Shown: positions 13,001 through 24,865, counted from the first letter of the stretch. The stretch is 64,000 nucleotides of DNA from Chiloscyllium plagiosum (GCF_004010195.1 NC_057746.1:34631086-34695085); one strand, 5' to 3'. Numbers and translations: made by a program. The notes: generated by a model from the letters alone, not told the origin.

Positions 13001-16000
13001 GAACACCACCAACACTGCTGTTGGTCTGGCAGGGCATTGTGTAAACAGTGGAGCTGAACAAAGTCCGATCTCAGAGTCAGTGTGATTCCCATCGGAGATT
13101 GGTGAAAGTTGGGGGTGGGAGGGGGTGTAGCAATCATTGCAGCTCTGAAATTCCGATGCTGCAGAAGTGACCTCGATAATAAGGTCCTGTGGGCGATGCC
13201 AATGTGAGGACAGGCGATGGTAAGGACATTCGGTGTTGAATTAACCCCTGAATTAAAACGCTTCCCCCTCCTCCTGCCAACAGGAAAGAATCTATGCCTT
13301 GCCCATCCTGCTTACGAGATAACGGAATGGTTGAGAATGGTTCGTGTGCCACGCTGGAGAAAGTAAGCACGCGTGTTCTGTATGTTCTGTTACATATGTG
13401 TTCTGCTCGAGACATGCCAGCGATTGGCTGAAAATTCTGAAACACCAGCGAGAGGTTATGAGACTGAGGTGGTGGGTTTATACCGAACCCCCTCACTGCT
13501 TAACAATAGGTCCAGATACTTTACATAATCGACAATTTCAAACAAAGATATCGAGAGAAGGCGTTCAGAGTTTATTTTACGCGCCGAGTGAATTGGGCGT
13601 GACTCATTGCATCGGGAACATGCCTCCCATTCCTGCTATACCATTCGATTGGTCCTCAGCTGGTGTGAGTCTGATTGAAACTCCAACCTCCTGTCTACCT
13701 CTGTCTCACAATCTCTCAAATGCACACACACACACACACACACCCCCTCACTCACTCATACACATTGTACACACACACAGTCACACAGAGCCACACATAC
13801 ACACACTCTCTCTCACACACAGTCACACGTACACATATGCACACACACACACTCTCATACACATTGTACACACACACAGTCACACAGAGCCACACATACA
13901 CACACTCTCTCTCACACACAGTCACACGTACACATATGCACACACACACACTCTCATACACATTGTACACACACACAGTCACACAGAGCCACACATACAC
14001 ACACTCTCTCTCACACACAGTCACACGTACACATATGCACACACACACACTCTCATACACATTGTACACACACACAGTCACACAGAGCCACACATACACA
14101 CACTCTCTCTCACACACAGTCACACGTACACATATGCACACACACACACTCTCATACACATTGTACACACACACAGTCACACAGAGCCACACATACACAC
14201 ACTCTCTCTCACACACAGTCACACGTACACATATGCACACACACACACTCTCATACACATTGTACACACACACAGTCACACAGAGCCACACATACACACA
14301 CTCTCTCTCACACACAGTCACACGTACACATATGCACACACACACACTCTCATACACATTGTACACACACACAGTCACACAGAGCCACACATACACACAC
14401 ACACACACACAACCTTTCACAAGAGGAATCGAGGGTTCTGGGGAAAGTGGATGTGAGAAATGTCAGATCAGCTGAGGACAGTAGAGCAGGTTGGAGGGGC
14501 TGACCAGCCTCCTGCTCTTCCTGTTTCCTCTGCTCTTCTGGTGGTGAGATGTCAGACCCAGTCACACAAGCCAGACACTAGTCCCTGGGTATATACTCCC
14601 AGCCGGTCAGGGCTGACGGTATTTTCTGGTCCTTTGCCTGACTGTTGCTTTCTGCCTGTCCTGTTACAGTGTTTCAGGGACAGAGCCATTGCTAAGGAGA
14701 TCCTCAACCTGCAGGTCTACTGTCGCAACGAAGGCTGTGACTGGAGCGGACCACTCCGGGAGCTGGAGGTAAGATCCTACTCCCAGAGCCGTCTCACCGT
14801 GAGGGTCCGGGCTGAGGAGCAGAGCAGAGCAGCGACGGGAGGGAGGTGCCAATGGCAGATACTCACCACATCCTCACCACCCCCCCAAGTCTAACCCTTG
14901 CCCCACCACCCAATGGCCGATAGTGTCGGGCAAGTCTCAGGGGGGCCTAGATCAGAGAGAGGCAAAACGCTGTCTCTTCCAGGGTGTCCGAGTGAGGCGG
15001 GCTGGGCCGCAGGCGCCTTCCTACAGTGAACAGCCCACTGCACGCTGCACCCGCACATCCGAAACCCCCAGCCGGGTAACGGTGGCTGGCCTTCTCTGGG
15101 GCGCAGGCAGGGTGGGGTTGGGGGCGGTGGGGTGTGGAAGTTGGGACTACGCTCTGGTGGCCAAGAGAGATGCCGGGGGTGGGGAGGAAAGGGGGGACTG
15201 GGGATGGGAATGGGTGGATGTTAGGAAGGCCTCAGGCCTCAGTGTCCAGTGAGTGACCCTACCCTCTCCCTCTCCCTCTCCCTCTGTTGGTCTGTTGCCT
15301 TGTCGCAGGGTAAGCATGGGCCGAGCTGTGAGCGCAGGTTGCTGAGATGTCCCTTCAGCTTCGTCGGCTGCAGAGAGATGGTGAGTGATCTCCTGCCCAT
15401 CCCCAGCCTCGCCCCACCCCTCTGTTCCCTCCCTCCCTCCCCCTCCGCTCTTGCCCCCTCCCCATCCCACCCCGGTCTGCTCCCCCAGCCCGGTGTCACT
15501 GATGCTATGAGACTGTTGGTGTCCCGGGCGCTATCTAAACGTAGACCGCTGCCAAAGGGAAGGATTCGGGGGGGTGGGGGGTGGGGACATGGTGGTGGGG
15601 TTGTGGCAGGGGGGTGTCAGATGCCCGGAATGCCGTCCTCTCTGTCTCAGGGTGGGGATTGGCACCAGGACTCCCAGCAGGTGTTTCCAGCCTGATGTTG
15701 GGGAGCGTTGGGTGGGGTGCGGTTCTTCACCCAGAGAGTGGTGGCTGTGTGGAATGCTCTGCCCCAGAGGGCAGTGGAGGCCCAGTCTCTGGATACTTTC
15801 AAGAAAGAGTTGGATAGAGCTCTTAGAGATAGTGAAATCAAGGGTTATGGGGATAAGGCAGGGACAGGATACTGATTGAAGATGACCACCCATGATCATA
15901 ATGAATGGTTGTGCTGGCTCAAAGGGCCGAATGGCCTACCCCTGCACCTATATTGTGTGACCGCAAGCGGGTCTTGGATTCTAACCCCTCCGAGAGGAAG

Positions 16001-17688
16001 GGACGCTGCCCCGCGTCCCAGGAGCTGGTGCTGCCTGGCGGAGGTGGAAGTGGAATATGGAACAGTCAGGAACAGTCAGGCTCCCTTCCCAGGACAGGCC
16101 CCAGGCTCCTCACCTCTCCCCAGCCTTTAACTCCAGGCCTGGTCGGGCTGGGCCAGGCCTGGGGGTGGGTTACGGGTGCTCCCACATCCCTGGGCTGATC
16201 CAGCTGCTGATGTGTGTGCCTTTCCCAGGTTTCAGGGGCTGACCTGCACCAACACAAGCTGAGCTGTATTCAGCAGCACCTGGACTACATGCTTGAGGCC
16301 TTTCGGCAGGGCCTGGCGAAACAGGCCCCAGGATCAGGAGCCAGCCTGGCTCTGCCGGAGGGGGTCCTGGGCGACAGTGACGGTGAGGAACTGCCGAGGG
16401 ACACAGAGGAACAGCATGATCTGAGGGTGAGGGTGCAGACCTTTGAAAACATCGTGACCGTGCTGAATCGGGAAGTGGCAAACACGTCTAATACTCTGAT
16501 GGCCCAGGAGAGGAAGCTGAAGGAACAGGAGACAGTGACCACACAGCTCAGAAACAAGGTGGGTATTTCACAACAGCCTCTGTGTGTCTGTGTGTGTCGG
16601 TGCCTCGGTGCGTGTCTGTGTTTGCCTGTGTGTGCATGTGTGCGTGTTCGCGCATGTCTGTCTGTGCATGTGTTTCTGTGCATGTGTTTCTGTGTGTGTG
16701 TGTATGCATCTGTGTGTGTCTGCCTGTCTGTGTGTTTGTGCATGTGTTTCTCTATGTGTGTATCTGTGTCTTTGTATGTGTGCCTGTCTGTGTTTTGCCT
16801 GTGTGTCGCCTGTCTGTGTGTGTCTGTGCATGTGTGTCTGTTGCCTGTATCTGTGTGTGCATCTGACTGTATGTCTGTGTCTGTGTTGCCTGTGTGTGTT
16901 TGACCTTATCAAACAGGGACAGGGGGAGGCCATTCAGCCCCTCCAGCCTGCTCCACCATTCAAGTGTGTGTGTGTGTGTGAGAGAAAGTGTCTATGTTTG
17001 TGAGTGTGTGTGTCTGTGTGAGTGTGAGTGTGTGTGGGGGGGGGAGAGTGTGCGAGTGTGAGAGAGAGAGTATGTCTGTCTGTGTGTGCGTGTGAGTGTG
17101 TGCTGGGTAGAGAGTGTGTGTGTGTGTGTNNNNNNNNNNNNNNNNNNNNNNNNNNNNNNNNNNNNNNNNNNNNNNNNNNNNNNATATCTGTTTAATGCCA
17201 GGAGACAGAGTGTTGGTAGGTGGGGTGTCTGTGTGTGTTTTATTTTCTGTGTAAGTCTGTTTAATAGTAGCTGATAGGGTGGTGGTGCAGGGTTGTGTGT
17301 GTTTTTCTGTATATATCTGCTTAATGACAGGAGACAGACTGGTGGTGGTGGTGGAGGGTTGTGTGCGTGTGTGTTTCTGTGCATATTCGATTAATTGCAG
17401 GAAACAGGGCTGTGGTGGAGGGTTGTGCGTGTGTTTCTGTGTATATCTGTTTAATGGCAGGAGGCAGAGTGGTCGTGGAGGGTTGTGTGTGTGTGTTTCT
17501 GTGTATATCTGTTTTCGGGCTGGAGACAGAGTGGTTGTGGAGGGTTATACGTGTGTGGTTCTGTGTATATTTGATTAACGGCAGGAAACAGAGTGGTGGT
17601 CGGGGGATGTGTGTGTTGGTTTCTGTGTCCATCTGTTTAATGTCAGGAGGCAGGATGGGAGTGAGTGTGTGTGTGTGTGTGTGTTTCT

Positions 17689-17722
<34 letters not shown>

Positions 17723-20700
17723 GGAGGGGGTCAGTGTCTTGTCAATATTGGAGTTTAGCAGCGATGATGATGGACAGGTCGATGACACAGGATCGCCACT
17801 GTAGGCTAACCCCAGCACACTGCCCCTCACTGCGAATGAACAGAGAGGCAGAGTCCACCCAAGAGCATCTCGGGTGAACTTTACATCAGAACCAGGAACA
17901 GGAGTGGGCCGTTTGGCCCATCAATCCTACCCCGCCATTCAATAAGACTGTCCCTAGTTGCCCTCCTTGAGAAGGTGGGGGTGAGCTGCATTTACTGACC
18001 CTGTCGCTAGTTGCCCCCCTTGAGAAGGTGGGAGTGAGCTGCATTTCCTGCCCCTGTCCCTAGTTGCCCCCCCCTTGAGAAGGTGGGGTTGAGCTGCATT
18101 TACTGCCCCTGTCCCTAGTTGCCCCCCTTGAGGAGGTGGGGGTGAGCTGCATTTACTGCCCCAGTCCCTAGTTGCCCCCTTGAGAAGGTGGGGGTGAGCT
18201 GCCTTCTTGAACCGCTGCAGTCCATGTGCTGTGGGTAGACCCACAATGTCCCTTAGGGAGGGAATTCCAGGATTGGGACCCAGCCACACTGAAGGAACGG
18301 CCGATATATTTCCAAGTCGGGATGGGGAGGGGCTCGGAGGGGAACTTGCCATGGATCTGCTGCCCTGGTGCTTTGAGAAGGTAGTGTCTGAGGAATTTAA
18401 CCCCTTACTGCTGCCGACACTGGCGAGTTTCTAAGCCTGTCAGACCTTAGTGAGACACTAGGCACTGTGCACAAACCCCGGGGGTTGGGGAGATATGACA
18501 CCAGACAAACACCCTCATCCTTCGCTCATGATCTTGCTTGAGCTGTGTTGTTTAACCGCCTGCAAATGCCTTCCTCAGATCCAGCAGCACGAGAAATCGA
18601 TCTGCCTGAAGGACCTGGTCATCGCTGACCTCCAACTGCGTCTCGATATCCTTGAGCACACATCCTACGACGGCACTTTGGTCTGGGCCATCTCCGACTT
18701 CACCCGCAAGATGCAAGACGCCATTGACAGAAAAGTGCCCTCCATCTTCTCCCCACGTAAGGCCTCGTTCACTGGCCCCATCCCCACCCCGCGCCCACGT
18801 TCGCTTCCTCGGAGAGAGGTGATATTTCTCCCCAGCTCTGTTCCCCGCAGTGGGCGATCCCTCCTTCTGAGGTGTTCCCGGATCTCCTACACAAGGCAGA
18901 AGGGGAACGCCCTCTTCCCATCCATCCGCAAACATTGCGGCACGTTGTTGTCAGTCGCTGGTTGGGCCCAGCATTTCTTACCTGTCCCTTATTGCCCCTC
19001 GAGAAGGTGTTGGTTTGGAGGGGGGTGGGGGAAAAGAGCCCTGTGGTGTGTACAGTGCAGACCCAGACACCGTGCTGATGGTGAGGACATTGTTTCTGTT
19101 GTGGTTCAGTACACCTCGCGCAGCTCACTCCCATCAGATACAGGAACAGGTTTAGGGTATTCGGCCCATCGAGTCTGTCCACCATTCCATCATGGCTGAC
19201 GCGTTTCTCTCTCTCTCTCTCTCTCTCTCTGCCACAAAGTGCCAGCCATGTTACACATGACCCCAGGCCCAAGGACAGATGTGACGGAAGTGGTTTTGTT
19301 CCGATTAAAACCAACTTGTCCCCGTCCCTGTTCCCGATGCAAAGGTTTTGATTCCAGGGGGTGTTACCTGGGTCGAGATTGGGCCCGTCGCCGTGGTGTT
19401 GGCTCTTTGGGTTAGCGGTGTAGAGAGTGAGAATTCTCCGGGCGCCCTCCTGTCCGAATTATCCGCTGATTTCTTTTCTCTCTCCCCGACAGCGTTCTTC
19501 ACAGCTCACTGCGGATACGTGCTGTGTCTGCGCCTCTACCTCAACGGGGACGGAATCGGGGCAAACACTCACCTCTCACTCTTCCTGGTCATCATGAAGG
19601 GAAAGTACGACGCCATCTTGGAATGGCCCTTCAGCAAGAAGGTAACTCGGTGACAGAGTAAAGGGGGTCACTGTGACGTGGTGAGGAATGATGGGAGTGC
19701 AGCCCTGATGGTGATCACCCTGATGGAGTGAGGGATGATGGGAGTGTCGTGCTGACGGGGGTCACTGTGATGGAGTGAGGGATGATGGGAGTGCGGCCCT
19801 GACAGGAGTCATGGTGACAGAGTGAGGGATGATGGGGGAATAGAGCTGATGGAGGCCGCCCTAACGTTGTGAGGGATGATGGGAAAGTGGAGGTGATGGG
19901 GGTACTGTGATGGAGTGAGCAATCATGGGAGCATGGAGCTAATGGGGGTCACTGTGACAGAATGAGGGATGATGGGAGCGTGAAGTTGATGGGGGGGTCA
20001 ATGTGATGGAGTGAGGAATGATGGGAGTGCAGCCCTGATGGAGTCACCCTGACGGACTGAGGAATGATGGGAGTGCAGCCCTGATGGAGTCACCCTGACG
20101 GACTGAGGAATGATGGGAGTGCAGCCCTGATGGAGTCACCCTGATGGAGTGAGGGATGATGGGAGTGTGGAGCTGATGGAGTCACCCTGACAGAGTGAGG
20201 GATGATGGGAGTGTGGACCTGATGGAGTCACCCTGATGGAGTGAGGGATGATGGGAGTGTGGAGCTGATGGAGTCACCCTGACAGAGTGAGGGATGATGG
20301 GAGTGCGGCCCTGATGGAGTCACCCTGACAGAGTGAGGGATGATGGGAGTGCGGCCCTGATGGGGGTCACTGTGATGGAGTGAGGGATGATGGGAGCGTG
20401 GAACTGATGGGGGTCACTGTGATGGAGTGAGGGATGATGGGAGTGCGGCCCTGATGGAGTCACCCTGACGGACTGAGGAATGATGGGAGTGCGGAGCTAA
20501 TGGGGGTCACTGTGATGGAGTGAGGGATGATGGGAGTGCACCCCTGATGGAGTCACCCTGACGGAGTAAGGAATGATGGGAGTGCGGCCCTGATGGAGTC
20601 ATCCTGACAGAGTGAGGGATGATGGGAGTGCGGCCCTAATGGGGCTCACTGTGATGGAGTGAGGGATGATGGGAGTGCGGCCCTGATGGAGTTACCCTGA

Positions 20701-21615
20701 TGGAGTGAGGGATGATGGGAGTGCAGCCCTGATGGAGTCACCCTGACAGAGTGAGGGATGATGGGAGTGCGGCCCTGATGGAGTTACCCTGACGGAGTGA
20801 GGGATGATGGGAGTGTGGAGCTGATGGGGGTCACTGTGATGGAGTGAGGGATGATGGGAGTGCGGCCCTGATGGAGTCACCCTGACGGAGTGAGGAATGA
20901 TGGGAGTGTGGAGCTGATGGAGTTACCCCGACGGAGTGAGGAATGATGGGAGTGTGGAGCTGATTGGGGTCACTGTGATGGAGTGAGGGATGATGGGAGT
21001 ACGGCCCTGATGGAGTTACCCTGACGGAGTGAGGGGGGGTGGGAGTGCGGCCCTGATGGAGTCACCCTGATGGAGTGAGGGATGATGGGAGTGCGGCCCT
21101 GATGGAGTCACCCTGACGGAGTGAGGGATGATGGGAGTGCGGAACTGATGGGGGTCACTGTGATGGAGTGAGGGATGATGGGAGTGCGGAGCTGATGGGG
21201 GTCACTGTGATGGAGTGAGGGATGATGGGAGTGCGGCCCTGATGGAGTCACCCTGACGGAGTGAGGGGTGGTGGGAGTGCGGCCCTGATGGAGTTACCCT
21301 GACGGAGTGAGGGATGATGGGAGAGTGGAGCTGACAGGAGAGAGTGTGTCAGCATGAACAAGAGGAGTAAGGCCGTCTCTCTCTCTGCTTTGCCCCCAGG
21401 TGACCTTCCGCCTGTTGGATCAGAGTGCCAGGCGTCAGCACGTGGTGACTGCCTTCAAACCAGACATTAGCTCTGCCTCCTTCCAAAGGCCCGTCCAGGC
21501 CATGAACATCGCCAGTGGCTGCCCAGAGTTCCTGCCCCTTACCCAGCTCCATGCCAACTGGCAGGGTTATGTCACCGATGATGTCATGTTCATTAAGGCC
21601 AGCGTGGACTCTTAG
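9869..21615 (+). CDS. TRAF2-like: TNF receptor-associated factor, TRAF1/TRAF2 clade (TRAF2-like), 8 coding exons, 449 aa
   Basis: Coding exons 9869-10095, 13284-13362, 14670-14768, 15309-15380, 16229-16558, 18579-18756, 19493-19641, 21400-21615. All are GT-AG with compatible phases, total 1350 nt. C3HC4 [25 protein letters not shown] zinc fingers, [12 protein letters not shown] coiled coil, MATH domain ([34 protein letters not shown]). Confidence 0.93.
10082..11143 (+). repeat. Minisatellite, 34-35 bp unit, about 30 copies
   Basis: Unit cactggggccctcctgtaagtttccattgggtata; the first copy overlaps the TRAF exon/intron junction. Confidence 0.97.
11330..12070 (+). mobile_element. CR1-type LINE 3' fragment
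   Basis: [42 protein letters not shown]. Confidence 0.88.
13284..13362 (+). CDS. TRAF2-like: TRAF2-like coding exon 2 (RING end)
   Basis: ccaacag|G...AAA|gtaagc; 79 nt; [14 protein letters not shown] supplies the last CxxC of the RING. Not visible in the ORF track. Confidence 0.88.
13722..14410 (+). repeat. CA-rich 99 bp tandem repeat, about 6.5 near-identical copies
   Basis: cacattgtac recurs at 13761, 13860, 13959 and onward. Confidence 0.95.
14670..14768 (+). CDS. TRAF2-like: TRAF2-like coding exon 3 (zinc finger 1)
   Basis: ttacag|TGT...GAG|gtaaga; 99 nt; [33 protein letters not shown]. Confidence 0.92.
15309..15380 (+). CDS. TRAF2-like: TRAF2-like coding exon 4 (zinc finger)
   Basis: tcgcag|GGT...ATG|gtgagt; 72 nt; [24 protein letters not shown]. 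Confidence 0.88.
16229..16558 (+). CDS. TRAF2-like: TRAF2-like coding exon 5 (zinc finger end and coiled coil)
   Basis: tcccag|GTT...AAG|gtgggt; 330 nt; [13 protein letters not shown]...[13 protein letters not shown]. Confidence 0.92.
16580..17720 (+). repeat. TG-rich low complexity plus degenerate ~60 bp tandem repeat (17184-17650)
   Basis: Recurrent atatctgtttaatggcaggagacagagtggtggtggagggttgtgtg. Confidence 0.85.
17951..18350 (-). mobile_element. LINE 3' end with tandemly amplified ~57 bp tail segment
   Basis: tccctagttgcccccttgagaaggtgggggtgagctgc x5, followed by LINE 3' sequence also present at 52930-53550. Confidence 0.75.
18579..18756 (+). CDS. TRAF2-like: TRAF2-like coding exon 6 (TRAF-N and MATH start)
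   Basis: cctcag|ATC...CCAC|gtaagg; 178 nt; [12 protein letters not shown]...[13 protein letters not shown]...SIFSP. Confidence 0.93.
19493..19641 (+). CDS. TRAF2-like: TRAF2-like coding exon 7 (MATH)
   Basis: cgacag|CG...AAG|gtaact; 149 nt; [43 protein letters not shown]. Confidence 0.94.
19660..21335 (+). repeat. G-rich minisatellite, ~45 bp unit, filling the last TRAF intron
   Basis: Unit gagtgagggatgatgggagtgcggccctgatggagtcaccctgac, more than 30 copies. Confidence 0.96.
21400..21615 (+). CDS. TRAF2-like: TRAF2-like terminal coding exon (MATH end)
   Basis: ccccag|GTG; VTFRLLDQ...[37 protein letters not shown] then TAG. Confidence 0.94.
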   Translation: MTFRLLDQSARRQHVVTAFKPDISSASFQRPVQAMNIASGCPEFLPLTQLHANWQGYVTDDVMFIKASVDS

Positions 21616-22059
21616 AGGGGGGAACACTGGGGCTGGGACAGGGGGGAATAGGGGCCGTGACCTGGAACCTACCTCTGGACACTGTGGGTGAGAAACAGGA
21701 GCCACCCGGTGGTGATGTTGGCAGAGTTACGGTGATTATTCACAGTGAGCTCCAGGCTGGCCTGGATCCCAGACATCTCAACATCCTAACGCTTCAAGTT
21801 CTGGACTGCACTTCGGTCGTGAAACCTGTCTCTCAGCGAGCATCAGGAATTCTTATTTATATATTTAAATATGTACATGATATCAATCATACAGATCAAA
21901 CCGAGAGGGGAGGGAGGGGCACTGATACCCTGCTGGGCGATACGGCCTTGCCCTGTGCTGACCCTTACATCAAACTCCTCAGAATGAAGATGGGCAAGCG
22001 TTCAGGAAGTTAGCCTTCAACTCATTCACTTACTCACTCCCAGATTTTAGCAGGGAGGC

Positions 22060-22400
22060 AGAGAGTGAGAGACACTCACTCAGAGAGTGAGTGACAGAGA
22101 GAGAGAGACGGAGACAGAGTCAGAGAGAGAGATGGAGACAGAGAGAGAGAGAGACGGAGACAGAGTCAGAGAGAGAGATGGAGACAGAGTCAGAGAGAGA
22201 GATGGAGACAGAGAGATGGAGACAGAGGAGATACACAGAGAGAGAGAGAGACACACACACACAGAGACACATGCACAGAGAGACACAGAGCGAGACACAT
22301 AGAGGTACAGAGAACGACACACGCACACACACACAGAGACACAGAGGCACATAGAGAGAGAGAGAGAGACACACGCACTGACAGAGTGACACAGACACCT
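22060..22400 (+). repeat. GA/CA-rich low complexity downstream of the TRAF stop codon
   Basis: gagacagagagaga runs. Confidence 0.9.
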
Positions 22401-22942
22401 TATTAAGAGGAAGTGATGATAGTCTCTGGTGGATCTGGTGAGGTATTCCAGAAATGTGAACACCAATCCCAACCACAGCAGTGCAGGAGAATGGAACCTA
22501 TCAATAGCTCCTGGATTGTGGCCTGACCCCCCCCCCTTTAGTTCACGGATGTGTTTTGAGAGGAAATCCGCAGAAGCCTGACCAACAGTGTGACTCCGAG
22601 CCTACAGGGACAGAGTGGACTCTGAAACAGCCTAGCACACTCATCAGGGTCAGGCCAAGACACTGTGCTGGACGACAGAAGATGGGGTGGGCTTGAGACT
22701 GGGGGTGAACCTGGGCTGGGCTGGGGGAATTGAACAGGCTTCCTGCGGTGGGGCTCTGAGCAGCCAGAGAACTGGGAAGGTGAGCTGACAGCGATCAGGC
22801 CCTCACCTGGGCCATGCAGAGACAGGCTCTTCCAAACGAGGAGCCCGCTTCCCCATGCAATACTCCCCATTCAGCGGTCAGGGATCAAACTACCTCCGCC
22901 GTAACAACATTCAAACATCCTGCATTCGATGGGCTTTTCGAT

Positions 22943-23165
22943 GTGGAGATGCTGGTGTTGGACTGGGGTGGACAAAGTTAACAATCACACGACACCAGGT
23001 TATAGTGGTGATTTGGAAGCACTAGCTTCTGGAGCACTGCTCCTTCGGCAGGTGAAATCTGAAGTCTACCCTTCTCCTGATGAAGGAGCGGTGCTCCGAA
23101 AGCTTGTGATTCTAAGTAAACCTGTCTGACTGTAACCTGGTGTTGTGTGACTTCTGACCTTGTCC
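22943..23165. mobile_element. Inverted pair of Penelope terminal-repeat fragments
   Basis: Left arm ggacaaagtt..cacacgacaccaggttatagt pairs with right arm actgtaacctggtgttgtgtg..ttgtcc; related element at 59519-59710. Confidence 0.75.
23074..23108 (+). ncRNA. Minimal type I hammerhead ribozyme motif (Penelope-derived)
   Basis: CTGATGA-a-GGAGC ggt GCTCC-GAAA-GCTT: intact core, 5 bp helix II, palindromic AAGCTT helix III, weak helix I. Confidence 0.65.
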
Positions 23166-23929
23166 TTTTTGACAAAGGGAATTCCAAAAAGAGACATACT
23201 CACTGACAGCCCCGGGAGACAAAACAATGGTTGTCTTTGGTTTAAATGTGCACACCTTACTTTTACCCAAGAGCCCCCTCCCCCATTTTGAGAATCTCCC
23301 AGGAAACATCTTCCCACGTCCACCCGGTCAAACTCCTCAGTGTCAAGTTCAGTCACCCCTGATCGTTGTAAATTCCAGAGGAGAGTGAGCTCAGTCTGGT
23401 GAGACCCTCTCTGAATCACTCCTGACACATGACCAGCTTACTGCTGTGGGGTATCCTTTTGCGTTTGAACTCCAAACTTGAGTTTCCACCAGCAAACCGC
23501 AGGAAGTGGCAGACAGAGAGCTTCCTAATAGTGCGAATACAGTCAGTGCTGTGCTGTCTCTGGGATTGATCGAGGCTGAATCTCCAACTACTGGCTGGGA
23601 CTAGTGTTGTTCGGATCCCACACTGTGTTGTGGGACTGTGTGAAAGTTCAAACCATTGCTCAGTTGAAACACTACAGAAAACAAGTTTGTATTTAAACCT
23701 GAAGTTGTCAGCTGTTTTATTTTGTGATAAATAATAAGATGCAGAGTAAACTGATAATGACACAAACATAAGGTCAGCTCTTTGTCATTTGTGTCTGTTT
23801 AACAACTGACTGGGTGCAGACTGGCTGAGAGATTTGTTTTAACCTGGGATAGCAGTCCTCAGTTCTGAAGTGCATTGCTGGCTGTGGGGTGTATTATCTC
23901 CCCCTGACAATACCCATTCCCAGAGAGAA

Positions 23930-24680
23930 ACTACAATCGTGCAGGTGGAAAGAGGCCATTCAGCCCATTGAGTCTGCACTGACCCTCCAATGGGTTTCCC
24001 ACCAAGGCCCCCTCCATAATCTTGCATTTTCCATGGCTCACCTCCCCATCCCTGGGCACGATGGGACAATTTCCCATGGCCAATCCACCCGAACCTGCAC
24101 ATCCCTGGGACACTATGGGACAATTTCCCATGGCCAAACCACCCTAACCTGCACATCCCTGGGCACTATGGGACAATTTCCCATGGCCAATCCACCCTTA
24201 CCTGCAAATCCCTGGGCACTATGGGACAATTTCCCATGGCCAATCCACCCGAACCTACACATCCCTGGACACTATGGGACAATTTCCCATGGCCAATCCA
24301 CACTAACCTGCACATCCCTGGGCACTATGGGACAATTTCCCATGGCCAATCCACACTAACCTGCACATCCCTGGGCACTATGGGACAATTTCCCATGGCC
24401 AATCCACCCTAACCTGCACATCCCTGGGACACTATGGGACAATTTCCCATGGCCAATCCACCCTAACTTGCACATCCCTGGGCACTATGGGACAATTTCC
24501 CATGGCCAATCCACCCTAACCTACACATCTTTGGACTGTGGAGGAAACCGGAGCACCCGGAGGAAACCCACGCAGACACGGGGAGAATGTGCAAACTGCA
24601 CACAGAGAGTCTGTCCGAGGGTGGGATCGAACCCGGCTCCCTGGCACCGTGAGGCAGCCGTGCTAACCAGTGAGCCTTTG
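23930..24680 (-). mobile_element. HE1-type tRNA-derived SINE with an internal 53 bp tandem array (about 9 copies)
   Basis: Minus-strand head with A box (ggctcactggttag) and B box (gggttcgatccc); repeat unit ctgcacatccctgggcactatgggacaatttcccatggccaatccaccctaac. Confidence 0.85.
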
Positions 24681-24865
24681 ATTTTTGAATTGTTTGACGT
24701 TGTCAGCCTGCCTACCACCCCACTTCTCCCTCAACGTCCGGGCGAGCGTGGATTGTTGTTCCGGGTGGGATAACGTGGAGCTGTTTTCCGATGGGTTTGA
24801 CTCTCAGTTCGGAAGGTGTGGGTTGGATTGGGAAATTCTGACAGGGTCCAAAGAGAGAGGCTGGT

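Noticed and set aside
13344-14475. His/Thr-rich 370-aa and 266-aa ORFs
   Set aside because: CA-rich 99-bp tandem repeat inside a TRAF intron.
24600-24680. tRNA gene
   Set aside because: The A and B boxes belong to a tRNA-derived SINE head; no complete cloverleaf.
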